From the NCBI GenBank assembly GCA_016181895.1, contig JACOYL010000008.1, positions 8,192-72,191 of the forward strand: a stretch of DNA of 64,000 nt. Reading direction: 5' to 3'. Origin of the DNA: Candidatus Pacearchaeota archaeon. GTDB taxonomy: Archaea > Nanobdellota > Nanobdellia > Pacearchaeales > GW2011-AR1. Below are positions 37,812-47,362 of the stretch, in pieces; position 1 is the first letter of the stretch; each line of letters begins with the position of its first letter. The notes below the pieces were generated by a model, which saw only the letters and a list, made by a program, of their open reading frames with translations, had not been told where the DNA came from and ran no database searches. A program made the translations under genes and the position numbers.

Positions 37812-39953
37812 TCAAGAAACAGCCATAAAACCCATTCTGCCTTTTTGTTCTTCCCATCTAGCTCTAATCTCTAAAAGATTTTTAATGCCTAATTTTTCTC
37901 TTTCCTTAATATCTTCTATAAAAGCATTACGTACATATTCTTGCAAACCCCTTATTCTTTGAGCATAGCCTCTACCTTCTGCTAATTCAATTACAGGTAA
38001 TAATGCTCTTGGACGACCAATATATAAACTAGCGTCATTACTTACCCAAGAAATATCATCGTAGGTTATTTTATCGATATTTAATTCAGGTCTGTATGAA
38101 TCATCATCTTCAGAACGATTCGCTCTTGCAGTTGCAAAAGCTAGGTAAATCATATTCTGTAATTCCGGATAACCTTTAGCTAAACCCCTATCTTCGGCAA
38201 GTTCAATAACTGGCCACATGGCTTTTGTTGGGCTATACGCATAAATTCCAAAAAGTTTTCTTGTTGTAATTTGTTCTTCTTTAGAAGGATGTGTTATAAA
38301 TTCTGAATTGGAAGGGTGCTCTATTATTTCATATTCTCCAGTTGTTTTGTTTCTTGCTATTATTTTACTCTTATGTAACCTTCCAGGTAAATTTAATACT
38401 GGTTCATGAAGAAAAGATTTGGATCCTCCTGTCAATTTAGGTCCCTCGCTAGACTTAGATATTTGGGGGGTGATATCTTCATAAGAGGGGTGTATAAAGC
38501 CACCAGCAACACAAAGGTCTCTTATCGGAGTTCCAGGATAAGGACTTAAATGCCTTACAGCATATCTGTCTGGTTTAATTCTCCATAGTTGATCTATTGT
38601 ATCAAACATCATTTCCCTGGTTTCAAAAGGAAATCCTAAAATGTTATAGATGCTAACTTGAATCCCATTATCCATCAAAACCTTTGAAGCTGCTTCTAAT
38701 ATACCTTGTTTCATGGGTCTGTTTAGAACATTTGCACGAAGCCATTCATTTCCAGACTCCGCCCCTAAGGCAACCATTGCCACACCCATCTCCTTTAATA
38801 TTTCTACTTTTCCGGAAGATACAAATCTCCCATCTTTTATCCTTCTTACTAAATACTCCGGTCTGCTCATTGTAAAAATAGTAACATCTTTATTTGGATT
38901 TATCTCTTCTGCCCATAATGTCGCAATCTCTTCCAAATTTTTACTATTCATAGTTGGTAGATTTTCATCAATTAATTGGATATGATTAAATCCATATTTT
39001 TGTTTGTATGATTTTACCCTATTTACTATTTCTCTGGCAGAATGAAATTTATAATTAGTTGCGTGACCTTCCCCCTCTTCATTTGGTATTTCATGCAATG
39101 CGGGTTGAATACAATAACTACACTTAAATGGACAGCCCCTACTTATTTCAAAATAACCATAATTTTTTAGTTTTCCTTCAAAAGGCCTTATTCTATGTCT
39201 TGAATCAAACATGTCCCAGTTTGGATAGGGAAGATCATCCATATGTTCAATTTGATTTCCTCTCGGATTTTTAGTTACCCTACCATCATGATCTTTAAAC
39301 CAAAGACTGGGAATATTACTGACATCCTCTCCTAAATTCATCCTTTTTACAAGAGTATATAAAGATTTTTCACCATCACCAACACAAACAATATCAATTG
39401 CCTGATTTTGAATAGCTCTGTCAGGAGCAACAGTCGCATGGGGACCTCCAACAATAACAGGTATTCCAAACTCTCTCTTTGTTGGAAGTATGAATTTTGT
39501 AACGTTGTTAAATTCATAACTTGTTGATGTAAGTGCTATAAGATCAGGTCTAAATTTTTCAACTTCTTCTCTAAATCTCTCTTTTATATCAACTATTTCT
39601 CTTTGAGGATTATATCCTTCAACTTTTTTGTATTCTCCTAATTTTTCTAATACCTGCCTATCATTTTCAACTAGAGGTGAATTTATATCCCTCCAGAAAC
39701 TTGTATCAAATAGTTTTGCTTCAATTCCATTTTGCACCATCATACCCCCCAAAACAGCAAGTGCGGGATGAATAAATCCCTCCTCTAAGTCATTATGATA
39801 CACAAATAAAACTCTTGGATTTGAACCTTTACTTTTAAAGGTTATTCTAGGATGAACATTCTGTCTTGAAACTGGAAATAAATTCCTAAAATCTTCGCTT
39901 GTGTTATGCTTTGTCCTACCAAATTCTTCCTTTATCTCTTCAGTATTTTCCAT
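37812..39953 (-). CDS. B12-binding domain / radical SAM protein with about 200-aa C-terminal extension containing an internal tandem repeat
   Basis: Has SRGCPFKCSYC (CX3CX2C). The C-terminus carries a duplicated segment PVIELAEDRGLAKGYPELQNMIYLAF / PVIELAEGRGYAQRIRGLQEYVRNAF. Confidence 0.8.
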   Translation of the reverse strand: MENTEEIKEEFGRTKHNTSEDFRNLFPVSRQNVHPRITFKSKGSNPRVLFVYHNDLEEGFIHPALAVLGGMMVQNGIEAKLFDTSFWRDINSPLVENDRQVLEKLGEYKKVEGYNPQREIVDIKERFREEVEKFRPDLIALTSTSYEFNNVTKFILPTKREFGIPVIVGGPHATVAPDRAIQNQAIDIVCVGDGEKSLYTLVKRMNLGEDVSNIPSLWFKDHDGRVTKNPRGNQIEHMDDLPYPNWDMFDSRHRIRPFEGKLKNYGYFEISRGCPFKCSYCIQPALHEIPNEEGEGHATNYKFHSAREIVNRVKSYKQKYGFNHIQLIDENLPTMNSKNLEEIATLWAEEINPNKDVTIFTMSRPEYLVRRIKDGRFVSSGKVEILKEMGVAMVALGAESGNEWLRANVLNRPMKQGILEAASKVLMDNGIQVSIYNILGFPFETREMMFDTIDQLWRIKPDRYAVRHLSPYPGTPIRDLCVAGGFIHPSYEDITPQISKSSEGPKLTGGSKSFLHEPVLNLPGRLHKSKIIARNKTTGEYEIIEHPSNSEFITHPSKEEQITTRKLFGIYAYSPTKAMWPVIELAEDRGLAKGYPELQNMIYLAFATARANRSEDDDSYRPELNIDKITYDDISWVSNDASLYIGRPRALLPVIELAEGRGYAQRIRGLQEYVRNAFIEDIKEREKLGIKNLLEIRARWEEQKGRMGFMAVS

Positions 39954-40092
39954 TTTAAGTTTTACGTCGCACCATTTTTAAAAGTATGTAATTAACTATT
40001 GTTAATTGTTTTTATAAATATTTCGGCATTTTAAAAATTTGATGTTATTTAACATAAGTTATAAAAATCCCAGAAATTAGGATAGAAAACAA

Positions 40093-41481
40093 ATGGGAAA
40101 AATATTTGTGTTGGGAATTGATGGTGCTTTTCCAGAATATATTTTTGGAGAATGGCTTGATGATTTACCGAACATTAAAAAAATGGTTAAAGAAGGATCT
40201 TATGCGAAACTTAACAGCACAATTCCCCCTTTATCTGTAACTGCTTGGTCATCTATCTACACTGGAAAATCTCCTGCTGATACAGGAATTTTTGAGTATA
40301 TTTACAGAAAAAACAATTCCTATGATGATATTCATGTTGTTACTTCCAAAAACCTTAAAGAAAAATCAATTTGGGAAATCGCTTCTGAACATGGTAAAAA
40401 ATCTATTGTTTGTTATCTTAATCTAACCTGGCCAATAAAACCATTTAATGGGTGGATGGTAAGCGATTCAATATTTGGAAGTGAAAAAGACAAAGACAGT
40501 TGTGTTTATCCTCATGAGTTAAAAAAAGAGTTGGAAAATTTTTTAGGGGAAATACCTCCGTTAGACATTGCAAGTTTTAGGGATTTTACAAAAGAAGAAA
40601 TTGTAGAAGAAGTTTATAAATTAACAGAAAAGCATATTAATTTAATGAAGTATATGTTAAAAAATAAAACATGGGATTTGTTTTTTGGGGTTATTGGGAT
40701 GAGTGATAGAATGAATCATACTTTTTGGAAGTATATGGATAAAAAACATCGAAAATATGATCCAAATTCAAAATTTAAGAATACCTTAATGGATTTTTAT
40801 AAATTTTTAGATATAAAAATTGGGGAATTTATTGATTTATTAGATGAAAATGTTAAAATAATTGTTTTGTCTGATCATGGAATAACTAGAATGCATAATA
40901 GAATTAATTTAACAGATTGGCTTATCAAAAATAAATATATGGTTTTAAAAGAATCAGTAAAAGAAAAATGCAAATTTAATCCAAAAATGGTAGATTGGGA
41001 AAAAACAAGAGTTTTTGCAATCGGGGCTTATGAGGGGCAAATTTTTATAAATCTGGAGAATCGGGAACCAAAAGGCATTGTTAAAAAGGAGGAATATGGT
41101 AAATTAATTGAAGAACTCACAATAAAATTAAAAAAAATTTTAGGGGATGATGGTAAAGAACTTAATACTAAAGTTTTCATAAAGAAGATAAATTACGATG
41201 GAAAAATGATAGCTGAAGCTCCGGATATGATTATCTATTTTGATTCGCTTGAATACGGATGTAACACTTCTTTGATAGGAAATGAAACTCTTTGGAGCCC
41301 TTCAACTGCTAAAGGTAGTGATGATGCAACACATTCGCAACAAGGGATATTTATTATGAAAGATAATAAAATTCGGAACAAAAATGTTGGGGAAGTTAAT
41401 GTAATTGATGTTGCTCCAACCATTTTAAATAGTTTAGGTTTAGAAATTCCTAATGACTTAATGGGAAAAGTAATAGAATAA
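40093..41481 (+). CDS. alkaline-phosphatase-superfamily enzyme (type I phosphodiesterase / nucleotide pyrophosphatase family)
   Basis: IFVLGIDGAFPEY, STIPPLSVTAWSSIYTG (Thr nucleophile context) and VLSDHGITRMH. Confidence 0.65.
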   Translation: MGKIFVLGIDGAFPEYIFGEWLDDLPNIKKMVKEGSYAKLNSTIPPLSVTAWSSIYTGKSPADTGIFEYIYRKNNSYDDIHVVTSKNLKEKSIWEIASEHGKKSIVCYLNLTWPIKPFNGWMVSDSIFGSEKDKDSCVYPHELKKELENFLGEIPPLDIASFRDFTKEEIVEEVYKLTEKHINLMKYMLKNKTWDLFFGVIGMSDRMNHTFWKYMDKKHRKYDPNSKFKNTLMDFYKFLDIKIGEFIDLLDENVKIIVLSDHGITRMHNRINLTDWLIKNKYMVLKESVKEKCKFNPKMVDWEKTRVFAIGAYEGQIFINLENREPKGIVKKEEYGKLIEELTIKLKKILGDDGKELNTKVFIKKINYDGKMIAEAPDMIIYFDSLEYGCNTSLIGNETLWSPSTAKGSDDATHSQQGIFIMKDNKIRNKNVGEVNVIDVAPTILNSLGLEIPNDLMGKVIE

Positions 41482-41482
41482 A

Positions 41483-42652
41483 ATGAATGAAAAAATCGGC
41501 ATTATTGCCATGTTCAATCTTAATTCTGGTGGAGGAGCTCCAAGAGTAACTGTCGACTTGGTTAATTCATTGAATGAGATTGGAAGAAAAGTTTTCCTTC
41601 TTACCCCATTTGAATTAGACTATGGAAAAATAAAAGATTTCTATGGGGATATAAAAATTGCCAAAGTTTATACTTTAGAAAAATGGAAGGGATTTTTTGC
41701 AAGAGGCAGAGCTATGCCCAGGAATTTATTGATAAAAAAATTTCAAGAGATGGCAAAAGAAGTCGATTTTATTATTGATATTGATGGAGGGATTTTTGAG
41801 AATTATCTGCCAGAAAGTTTTGACAATTTAAAATATATAATTTGGCGAATTTCTTGTGTTAAACCTGGTTTAGAAAGACCCTGGATAAAATATAATTTTA
41901 AAAGAAAAATTAAAGAAAAAATATTAAATTTTCTAGGTGATATTGATTGTAAGCCAAGTAATAATCATAAAATATATCCTGTAGACAAATGGACCGCAAA
42001 AGAACTAAAAGAATACTGGAACATTGACTCAGAAAAAGTTTTTCTTTATCCTGAAATAAAAGTCGATGAACTTTTATCAAGGGAAAAAGTTGTCAAAAAA
42101 AACCAGATTGTTGTTTTCGGAAGAATTGATCCAAACAAAAGCATTGAAACTTCAATAGAGATTTTCGCACTAGGAACAAAGAATTTCCTAGAATACAAAT
42201 TAATAATAATGGGTGGAAAAACCGCAGACACCGAAGAGTATCTAAAAGTACTTAATGAACTTATCACAAATTTTAAGATTTCTGATAGGATTGAAATAAT
42301 AAAAAATCCACCATTTGAAGAACTAAAAAAAATTCTTCAAGAATCAAAAATAATAATTGATTCGCAAAAAGAAATAAATCTAACAATGACTTCTATAGAG
42401 GCTATGGCGGCTGGAAATGTTGTCCTAGGTTATAAGAATAGCGGGGGATTTATAGATATTTTAGATAATGGAAAATTTGGCTATGGTTTTTTGACAGAGA
42501 AAGAAGGGGGGGAGAAATTAAAAGAAATAATTGAGAAAATGAATAAGGGGGAAATTAACATAAATGCCTCAATAAAAAGAGCGCGGAGTTTCGGGAAAAA
42601 CAGGTTCATAAAAACGCTTAAGGAAATTATCTGGGAAGTAAACCAAAAATGA
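41483..42652 (+). CDS. GT4-like (GT-B) glycosyltransferase
   Basis: FGRIDPNKS and TSIEAMAAGNVVLGY (EX7E-like) C-terminal domain. Confidence 0.6.
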   Translation: MNEKIGIIAMFNLNSGGGAPRVTVDLVNSLNEIGRKVFLLTPFELDYGKIKDFYGDIKIAKVYTLEKWKGFFARGRAMPRNLLIKKFQEMAKEVDFIIDIDGGIFENYLPESFDNLKYIIWRISCVKPGLERPWIKYNFKRKIKEKILNFLGDIDCKPSNNHKIYPVDKWTAKELKEYWNIDSEKVFLYPEIKVDELLSREKVVKKNQIVVFGRIDPNKSIETSIEIFALGTKNFLEYKLIIMGGKTADTEEYLKVLNELITNFKISDRIEIIKNPPFEELKKILQESKIIIDSQKEINLTMTSIEAMAAGNVVLGYKNSGGFIDILDNGKFGYGFLTEKEGGEKLKEIIEKMNKGEININASIKRARSFGKNRFIKTLKEIIWEVNQK

Positions 42653-43395
42653 CATACGACGAAAAATACGCAAAATATTACGACAGGTTTAACGAGGGAA
42701 AAGATTATGTAAAAGAAGTTGAATTTGTCTCGGAAGTTTTAAAGAAATTTGGGGCCAATGAAAGAAAGATTCTTGATTTGGGATGCGGAACAGGATTGCA
42801 TGAAAAGGAATTTTCAAGAAGGGGTTACGATATGATGGGTTTGGATCTCTCTGGAGAGATGATTGAAATTGCAAGTGAAAGAAACCCTAAGTGTAAATTC
42901 GTCGTCGGAGACATGTCGGATTTTTGCTTGAACGAAAAATTTGATGCAATAATATCAATGTTTTCCGCAATGGGATACCTGACTGAAAATCAGCAAATTG
43001 AAGGATTTTTTAATTCTGTTAAAAAACATTTGAAAGAAAATGGTTTACTTGTATTGGACGTGTGGAACGGGCTTGGGGTAATGAATGAACTTCCAATTTC
43101 AAGAGAGAAAAGTGCAAAGATTGGAAATTTAAAGATTGTTAGAAGAAGTTTTCCAGATTTGGATTCCAAGAACCATATTAATAAGGTAAGGTTCAATGTA
43201 AAGATTTTTGACGGTGAAAAATTAATTGAAGAATATGATGAAAATCATAAAGTCAGATTTTTCTTTCCCCAAGAATTGAAAAAATATCTTGAAGATGCAG
43301 GATTTGAATTATTACATTTGTGTCCGTCTTATGATTTAAATTCTGAATTGACAGAAAAGCATTGGAATATGATTTTGGTTGCAAGATTGAAATAG
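42649..43395 (+). CDS. class I SAM-dependent methyltransferase
   Basis: ILDLGCGTGLHEKEFSRRGYDMMGLDLSGEMIEIA motif I and II region. Confidence 0.75.
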   Translation: MTYDEKYAKYYDRFNEGKDYVKEVEFVSEVLKKFGANERKILDLGCGTGLHEKEFSRRGYDMMGLDLSGEMIEIASERNPKCKFVVGDMSDFCLNEKFDAIISMFSAMGYLTENQQIEGFFNSVKKHLKENGLLVLDVWNGLGVMNELPISREKSAKIGNLKIVRRSFPDLDSKNHINKVRFNVKIFDGEKLIEEYDENHKVRFFFPQELKKYLEDAGFELLHLCPSYDLNSELTEKHWNMILVARLK

Positions 43396-43396
43396 T

Positions 43397-44551
43397 GTGG
43401 TTAAATTACATAATGATTTTAAAGCAATTATTTATAGGAAATTAATGAGATTAACAATAGCCAAGCCTGCTGTTGCTGCATTTGAAGGAGATTTGCAATC
43501 AAGTTTAATAGTTTTGGACTCAATCAAATCCGAATTTGGATTTTCAAATGGAGAATTGAAAATTAACTCCAATCTCATTTTGGATACAGGTTTTCAAGTT
43601 ATTGTCAGAGGAAAAGATCTGGAAGATTTAGGAAAATTGGAGAAAAATCTCGCGGGTTTAGGAAGGCAAATACCTAGTGCTGTTCATGCACCTTATCAAT
43701 ATGATGACCCAGATTTATGGCATACTGCTGATTTGTCGCAAGGCAGGGAAGGTTATGAAAATTTATTGAAAGTAGCAGGATTCTCTGATAATATTGGGGC
43801 AGAATCAATTGCAATACATCCAAATGCGATAAGAGAAAAATCAATGTTTTCCGATCAAAGTTACAATCATGAAAGAAGAATCCAATGTTTAGATACGGTA
43901 ATTAACAATGTATTAGAGGCGCAATCTCATACAAAAAAAGTTTCTGTTGACTTAGAAAACAAACCTTTTCCAACGACAAATGCTAATAATAGTTATGCAA
44001 CATATACTATAACACTGGGACCTTTTGAAGACATTTCAAGATATATAGGGGCAGGGGGAAAATTAACTTTTGATACCTGCCATTATGGGATTACCCGAGA
44101 AACAATAAATGGGGCAATAGAAAGATTTGGAGAAGAATTAACTAATGAGAAATTGAGAAAATTTGAAATGCTGGGTTATTTTGCAAAAGATTATGTGAAG
44201 CAACCAAGGATTGATGAAGTAATGATAAGATTTGGAAAACAAATAAATAATATTCATTTAAATGATGGTAGTATTTACAGGCCTGTTCTTGAAACAGGAA
44301 GACCTGATTCAAATAAAAGGCTTCCTCCTGCAAATGGACTACAAATATGGTGGGAAGCGTATGTTCCAGGTTATGGGGAATTGTGTGACAGCAGAATAAT
44401 TTTTCCGTGGTTGAAAGAAAATCAGAAAGATGACAGAAGGGTTTTTTTAACGTTGGAAGTCGGGGAATTCGATGGAAATTATAAAGACTCGCCAAGATTC
44501 ATGGAAAGCGCGCGTTCTATGATTAAAGATTTGACTGAGCATTTTGGATAA
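43397..44551 (+). CDS. xylose-isomerase-like TIM-barrel protein (sugar phosphate isomerase/epimerase family)
   Basis: VHAPY, IAIHPNA, VDLENKP, FDTCHYG and IHLND segments fit the AP_endonuc_2 metal-ligand pattern. The track ORF begins with GTG. An in-frame ATG (MRLTIA) lies at 43445. Confidence 0.45.
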   Translation: MVKLHNDFKAIIYRKLMRLTIAKPAVAAFEGDLQSSLIVLDSIKSEFGFSNGELKINSNLILDTGFQVIVRGKDLEDLGKLEKNLAGLGRQIPSAVHAPYQYDDPDLWHTADLSQGREGYENLLKVAGFSDNIGAESIAIHPNAIREKSMFSDQSYNHERRIQCLDTVINNVLEAQSHTKKVSVDLENKPFPTTNANNSYATYTITLGPFEDISRYIGAGGKLTFDTCHYGITRETINGAIERFGEELTNEKLRKFEMLGYFAKDYVKQPRIDEVMIRFGKQINNIHLNDGSIYRPVLETGRPDSNKRLPPANGLQIWWEAYVPGYGELCDSRIIFPWLKENQKDDRRVFLTLEVGEFDGNYKDSPRFMESARSMIKDLTEHFG

Positions 44552-44636
44552 AGAAATTTTATTAGAATAATTATTATTCCCATATTACATATCCAATCTT
44601 CATAAACTATTTAAGTGATTTTCATAAAAACTATTC

Positions 44637-45701
44637 ATGGATGCTTATAAAAAAAGAGCGTTGATTACAGGAGTTACAGGACAGGATGGGGCGTTTCTTG
44701 CTAAATTACTTCTTGAAAAAAATTACGAAGTTTTTGGAGTAGTGAGGAGAATTTCGACACCAAACTTTTGGAGATTAAATCATCTTGGTATCCTCGATAA
44801 AATAACATTGGTTTCCGCAGACTTGACAGATGTGCCTTCCTTGTCGGAAGCTATAAGAAGAACAAATCCCGATGAGATATATAATATGGCTGCGCAAAGT
44901 TTTGTCGGCAGTTCATTTGACCAGCCTATTCATTCAGCCTTAACTAATGGACTCGGTGTTTTGAACATAATCGAAATTGTAAGAAATCTTAAAGAATCTG
45001 TTAAAATCTATCTAGCTTCTACAAGCGAATTGTATGGGGATTCAATAAATCTTGATGGTGTACAAAATGAGGAAACACCATTTAAACCAAACTCCCCTTA
45101 TGCTTTATCAAAATTATATTCCCATGAACTTGCAAGAATTTACAGAAAAGCTTATGGCATGTTTGTTTCCGCAGGTATTTTGTTCAATCATGAATCTGAA
45201 TTGCGAGGATTGGAATTTGTAACAAGAAAAATAACCAATTCAGTCGCAAAAATCAAATTTGGTTTACAAGATGAACTAAGGCTTGGTAATCTTGAAGCGA
45301 AAAGAGATTGGGGTTATGCTCCAGACTACATGGAAGTAGTATGGCAAATTCTTCAATACCACAAACCAGATGATTTTGTAATTGCAACAAATGAAAACCA
45401 TTCAGTAAGAGAATTTGTAGAAGAAGCGTTTAAAATTGCAGGGCTTGATTGGAAACTTTATGTCAGAGTTCATGCACAACATAAAAGACCTTATGAAGTT
45501 CCTTATTTAAAAGGAGATTACTCCAAAGCAAAACGTGAATTAGGATGGAAACCAAAAACATCTTTCAAGGAACTTGTAAAATTAATGGTTGAATCTGATT
45601 TAAATAGGTGGGATAATCATCTCAAAGGAAAAATATTTTCTTGGGATGCACCAAACCATTCTGAAAATCTCAATTATTTGTACAGAGCTAAGGATTTATG
45701 A
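44637..45701 (+). CDS. gmd: GDP-mannose 4,6-dehydratase
   Basis: ALITGVTGQDGAFLAKLLLEKNYEVFGVVRR and YALSKLYSHELARIYRKAYGMFVSAGILFNHES are near-canonical GMD sequence. Confidence 0.85.
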   Translation: MDAYKKRALITGVTGQDGAFLAKLLLEKNYEVFGVVRRISTPNFWRLNHLGILDKITLVSADLTDVPSLSEAIRRTNPDEIYNMAAQSFVGSSFDQPIHSALTNGLGVLNIIEIVRNLKESVKIYLASTSELYGDSINLDGVQNEETPFKPNSPYALSKLYSHELARIYRKAYGMFVSAGILFNHESELRGLEFVTRKITNSVAKIKFGLQDELRLGNLEAKRDWGYAPDYMEVVWQILQYHKPDDFVIATNENHSVREFVEEAFKIAGLDWKLYVRVHAQHKRPYEVPYLKGDYSKAKRELGWKPKTSFKELVKLMVESDLNRWDNHLKGKIFSWDAPNHSENLNYLYRAKDL

Positions 45702-45707
45702 TTTAAA

Positions 45708-47357
45708 ATGCAAACTAATCTAGGTAGAAGAATAACAATGTGTAGAATGTGTGATTCAAAAGAGTTTTATGAATTTCTTGACTTAGGGTTTCTGCCTCCT
45801 GCCGACGGCATTCTTAAAAAAGAAGAATTAAACGAGCCGGAGATTTTTTTCCCGCTTAAAGTCGCTCAATGTTTGTCCTGTGGTTTGACTCAACTAACTT
45901 ACGCTGTCAATCCTGAAATTCTATATAACGAAAAATATAGTTATGAATCCTCAATAACAGAAATCGGAAAAAAACATTTTTTTGACATGGCAGATTCCAT
46001 ATGTAGAAGATTCAATTTTAGAAATGAATTAGCTATTGATATTGGAAGCAATGTCGGCGTGCTTTTGGAAGGTTTTAAAAGAAACGGGTTAAAAGTTCTT
46101 GGAATAGATGCTGCGCCAAAAATAGTGGAAATTGCAAACAGAAGGGGGATAGAAACATGGAGAGCGTTTTTCAATTCTGAAACTGCAAAAAAGATATTGG
46201 AACAAAAAGGAAAAGCAAAAATTATCACAGGGACAAATGTTTTTGCACACATTGACGACAAAAAAGGATTAATGGATGGTGTAAATCTTCTTCTGGAAGA
46301 TGACGGAATTTTTGTAATTGAAGCACCTTATTTTGTAGATCTTGTGGAAAATCTGGAATACGACACTATTTACCTTGACCATCTGGAATATCTTTCCGTA
46401 AAGCCATTGGTAAATTTTTTTGAAAAAAATGGGATGGATGTTTTTGATGTTGAAAGATATGAAATCCACGGAAAATCAATAAGAGTTTTTGTTGGAAGAA
46501 AAAATTCAAGAAGGGTTTCAGAAAATGTCGGAAAATTATTAAAATTAGAAGAAGATAGAGAAATTTACAGAAAAGAATTTTTGGATAATTTCTCTAAGAA
46601 AATTAATGAACATAGGAAAGAATTTCTTGATTTATTGATTGATTTGAAAAAACAGGGAAAGAAAGTAATAGGAATAAGCGCGCCAGCCAAAGCGAATACA
46701 ATTTTAAATTATTGCAAAATCGATAGTAATATAATAGACTATATGACTGAAAAATCAAAATTAAAACCCGGACATTACACCCCTGGAATGCACATTCCAA
46801 TTATTGAAGAGGAAACAGCGCTTAAAGAGAAAGTTGATTATGGAATAATTTTTGCCTGGAATTTTGCGAAAGAAATAATAGAAAATAGTATAGAATTTAC
46901 AAGAAGAGGAGGAAAGTTTATAATACCTATTCCCAAACCAAAGATAATGGGAAACGAAGATAATTTATTCGGCGTTCAGATTAAAAAAATCGGAGTTGAT
47001 TTTATGGATGAAAGAGGGATGATTTCTGATTTATTGAACAAGCAGATAAATCATGTCGGATTAATTACAACCGAAGTTGGAGCTCAAAGAGGTCCGCATT
47101 ATCACAAACTCTCAATTCAAGACTCTTATATTTTATCTGGAAGATTTGAAGTTACGCTTGCTCCAGCAAATAATCCAAAAAATTCAAAAAAAATCATTTT
47201 AAACTCTGGAGAAATGATAACAATTCCTCCTCTTGTGATTCATGGATTCAAGGCCATGGATAGAGCAATAATGATTGACATGTCGCAAACGAGAGGAGAA
47301 ACGGGATATGAAAGCGATGTGGTAAGAATAAGCTTGGAAGAAATGGAACAAAAATAA
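45708..47357 (+). CDS. NDP-hexose C-methyltransferase (TylC3/NovU-like, with N-terminal zinc ribbon) fused to a C-terminal WxcM/FdtA-like cupin
   Basis: CRMCDSKEFYEFLDLGFLPPADGIL and KVAQCLSCGLTQLTYAVNPEILYNEKYSYESS match the Methyltransf_13 zinc-binding N-domain, followed by an MTase core. The last roughly 130 aa (GPHYHKLSIQDSYILSGRFEVTLAP) are cupin-like. Confidence 0.7.
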   Translation: MQTNLGRRITMCRMCDSKEFYEFLDLGFLPPADGILKKEELNEPEIFFPLKVAQCLSCGLTQLTYAVNPEILYNEKYSYESSITEIGKKHFFDMADSICRRFNFRNELAIDIGSNVGVLLEGFKRNGLKVLGIDAAPKIVEIANRRGIETWRAFFNSETAKKILEQKGKAKIITGTNVFAHIDDKKGLMDGVNLLLEDDGIFVIEAPYFVDLVENLEYDTIYLDHLEYLSVKPLVNFFEKNGMDVFDVERYEIHGKSIRVFVGRKNSRRVSENVGKLLKLEEDREIYRKEFLDNFSKKINEHRKEFLDLLIDLKKQGKKVIGISAPAKANTILNYCKIDSNIIDYMTEKSKLKPGHYTPGMHIPIIEEETALKEKVDYGIIFAWNFAKEIIENSIEFTRRGGKFIIPIPKPKIMGNEDNLFGVQIKKIGVDFMDERGMISDLLNKQINHVGLITTEVGAQRGPHYHKLSIQDSYILSGRFEVTLAPANNPKNSKKIILNSGEMITIPPLVIHGFKAMDRAIMIDMSQTRGETGYESDVVRISLEEMEQK

Positions 47358-47362
47358 TTTTG

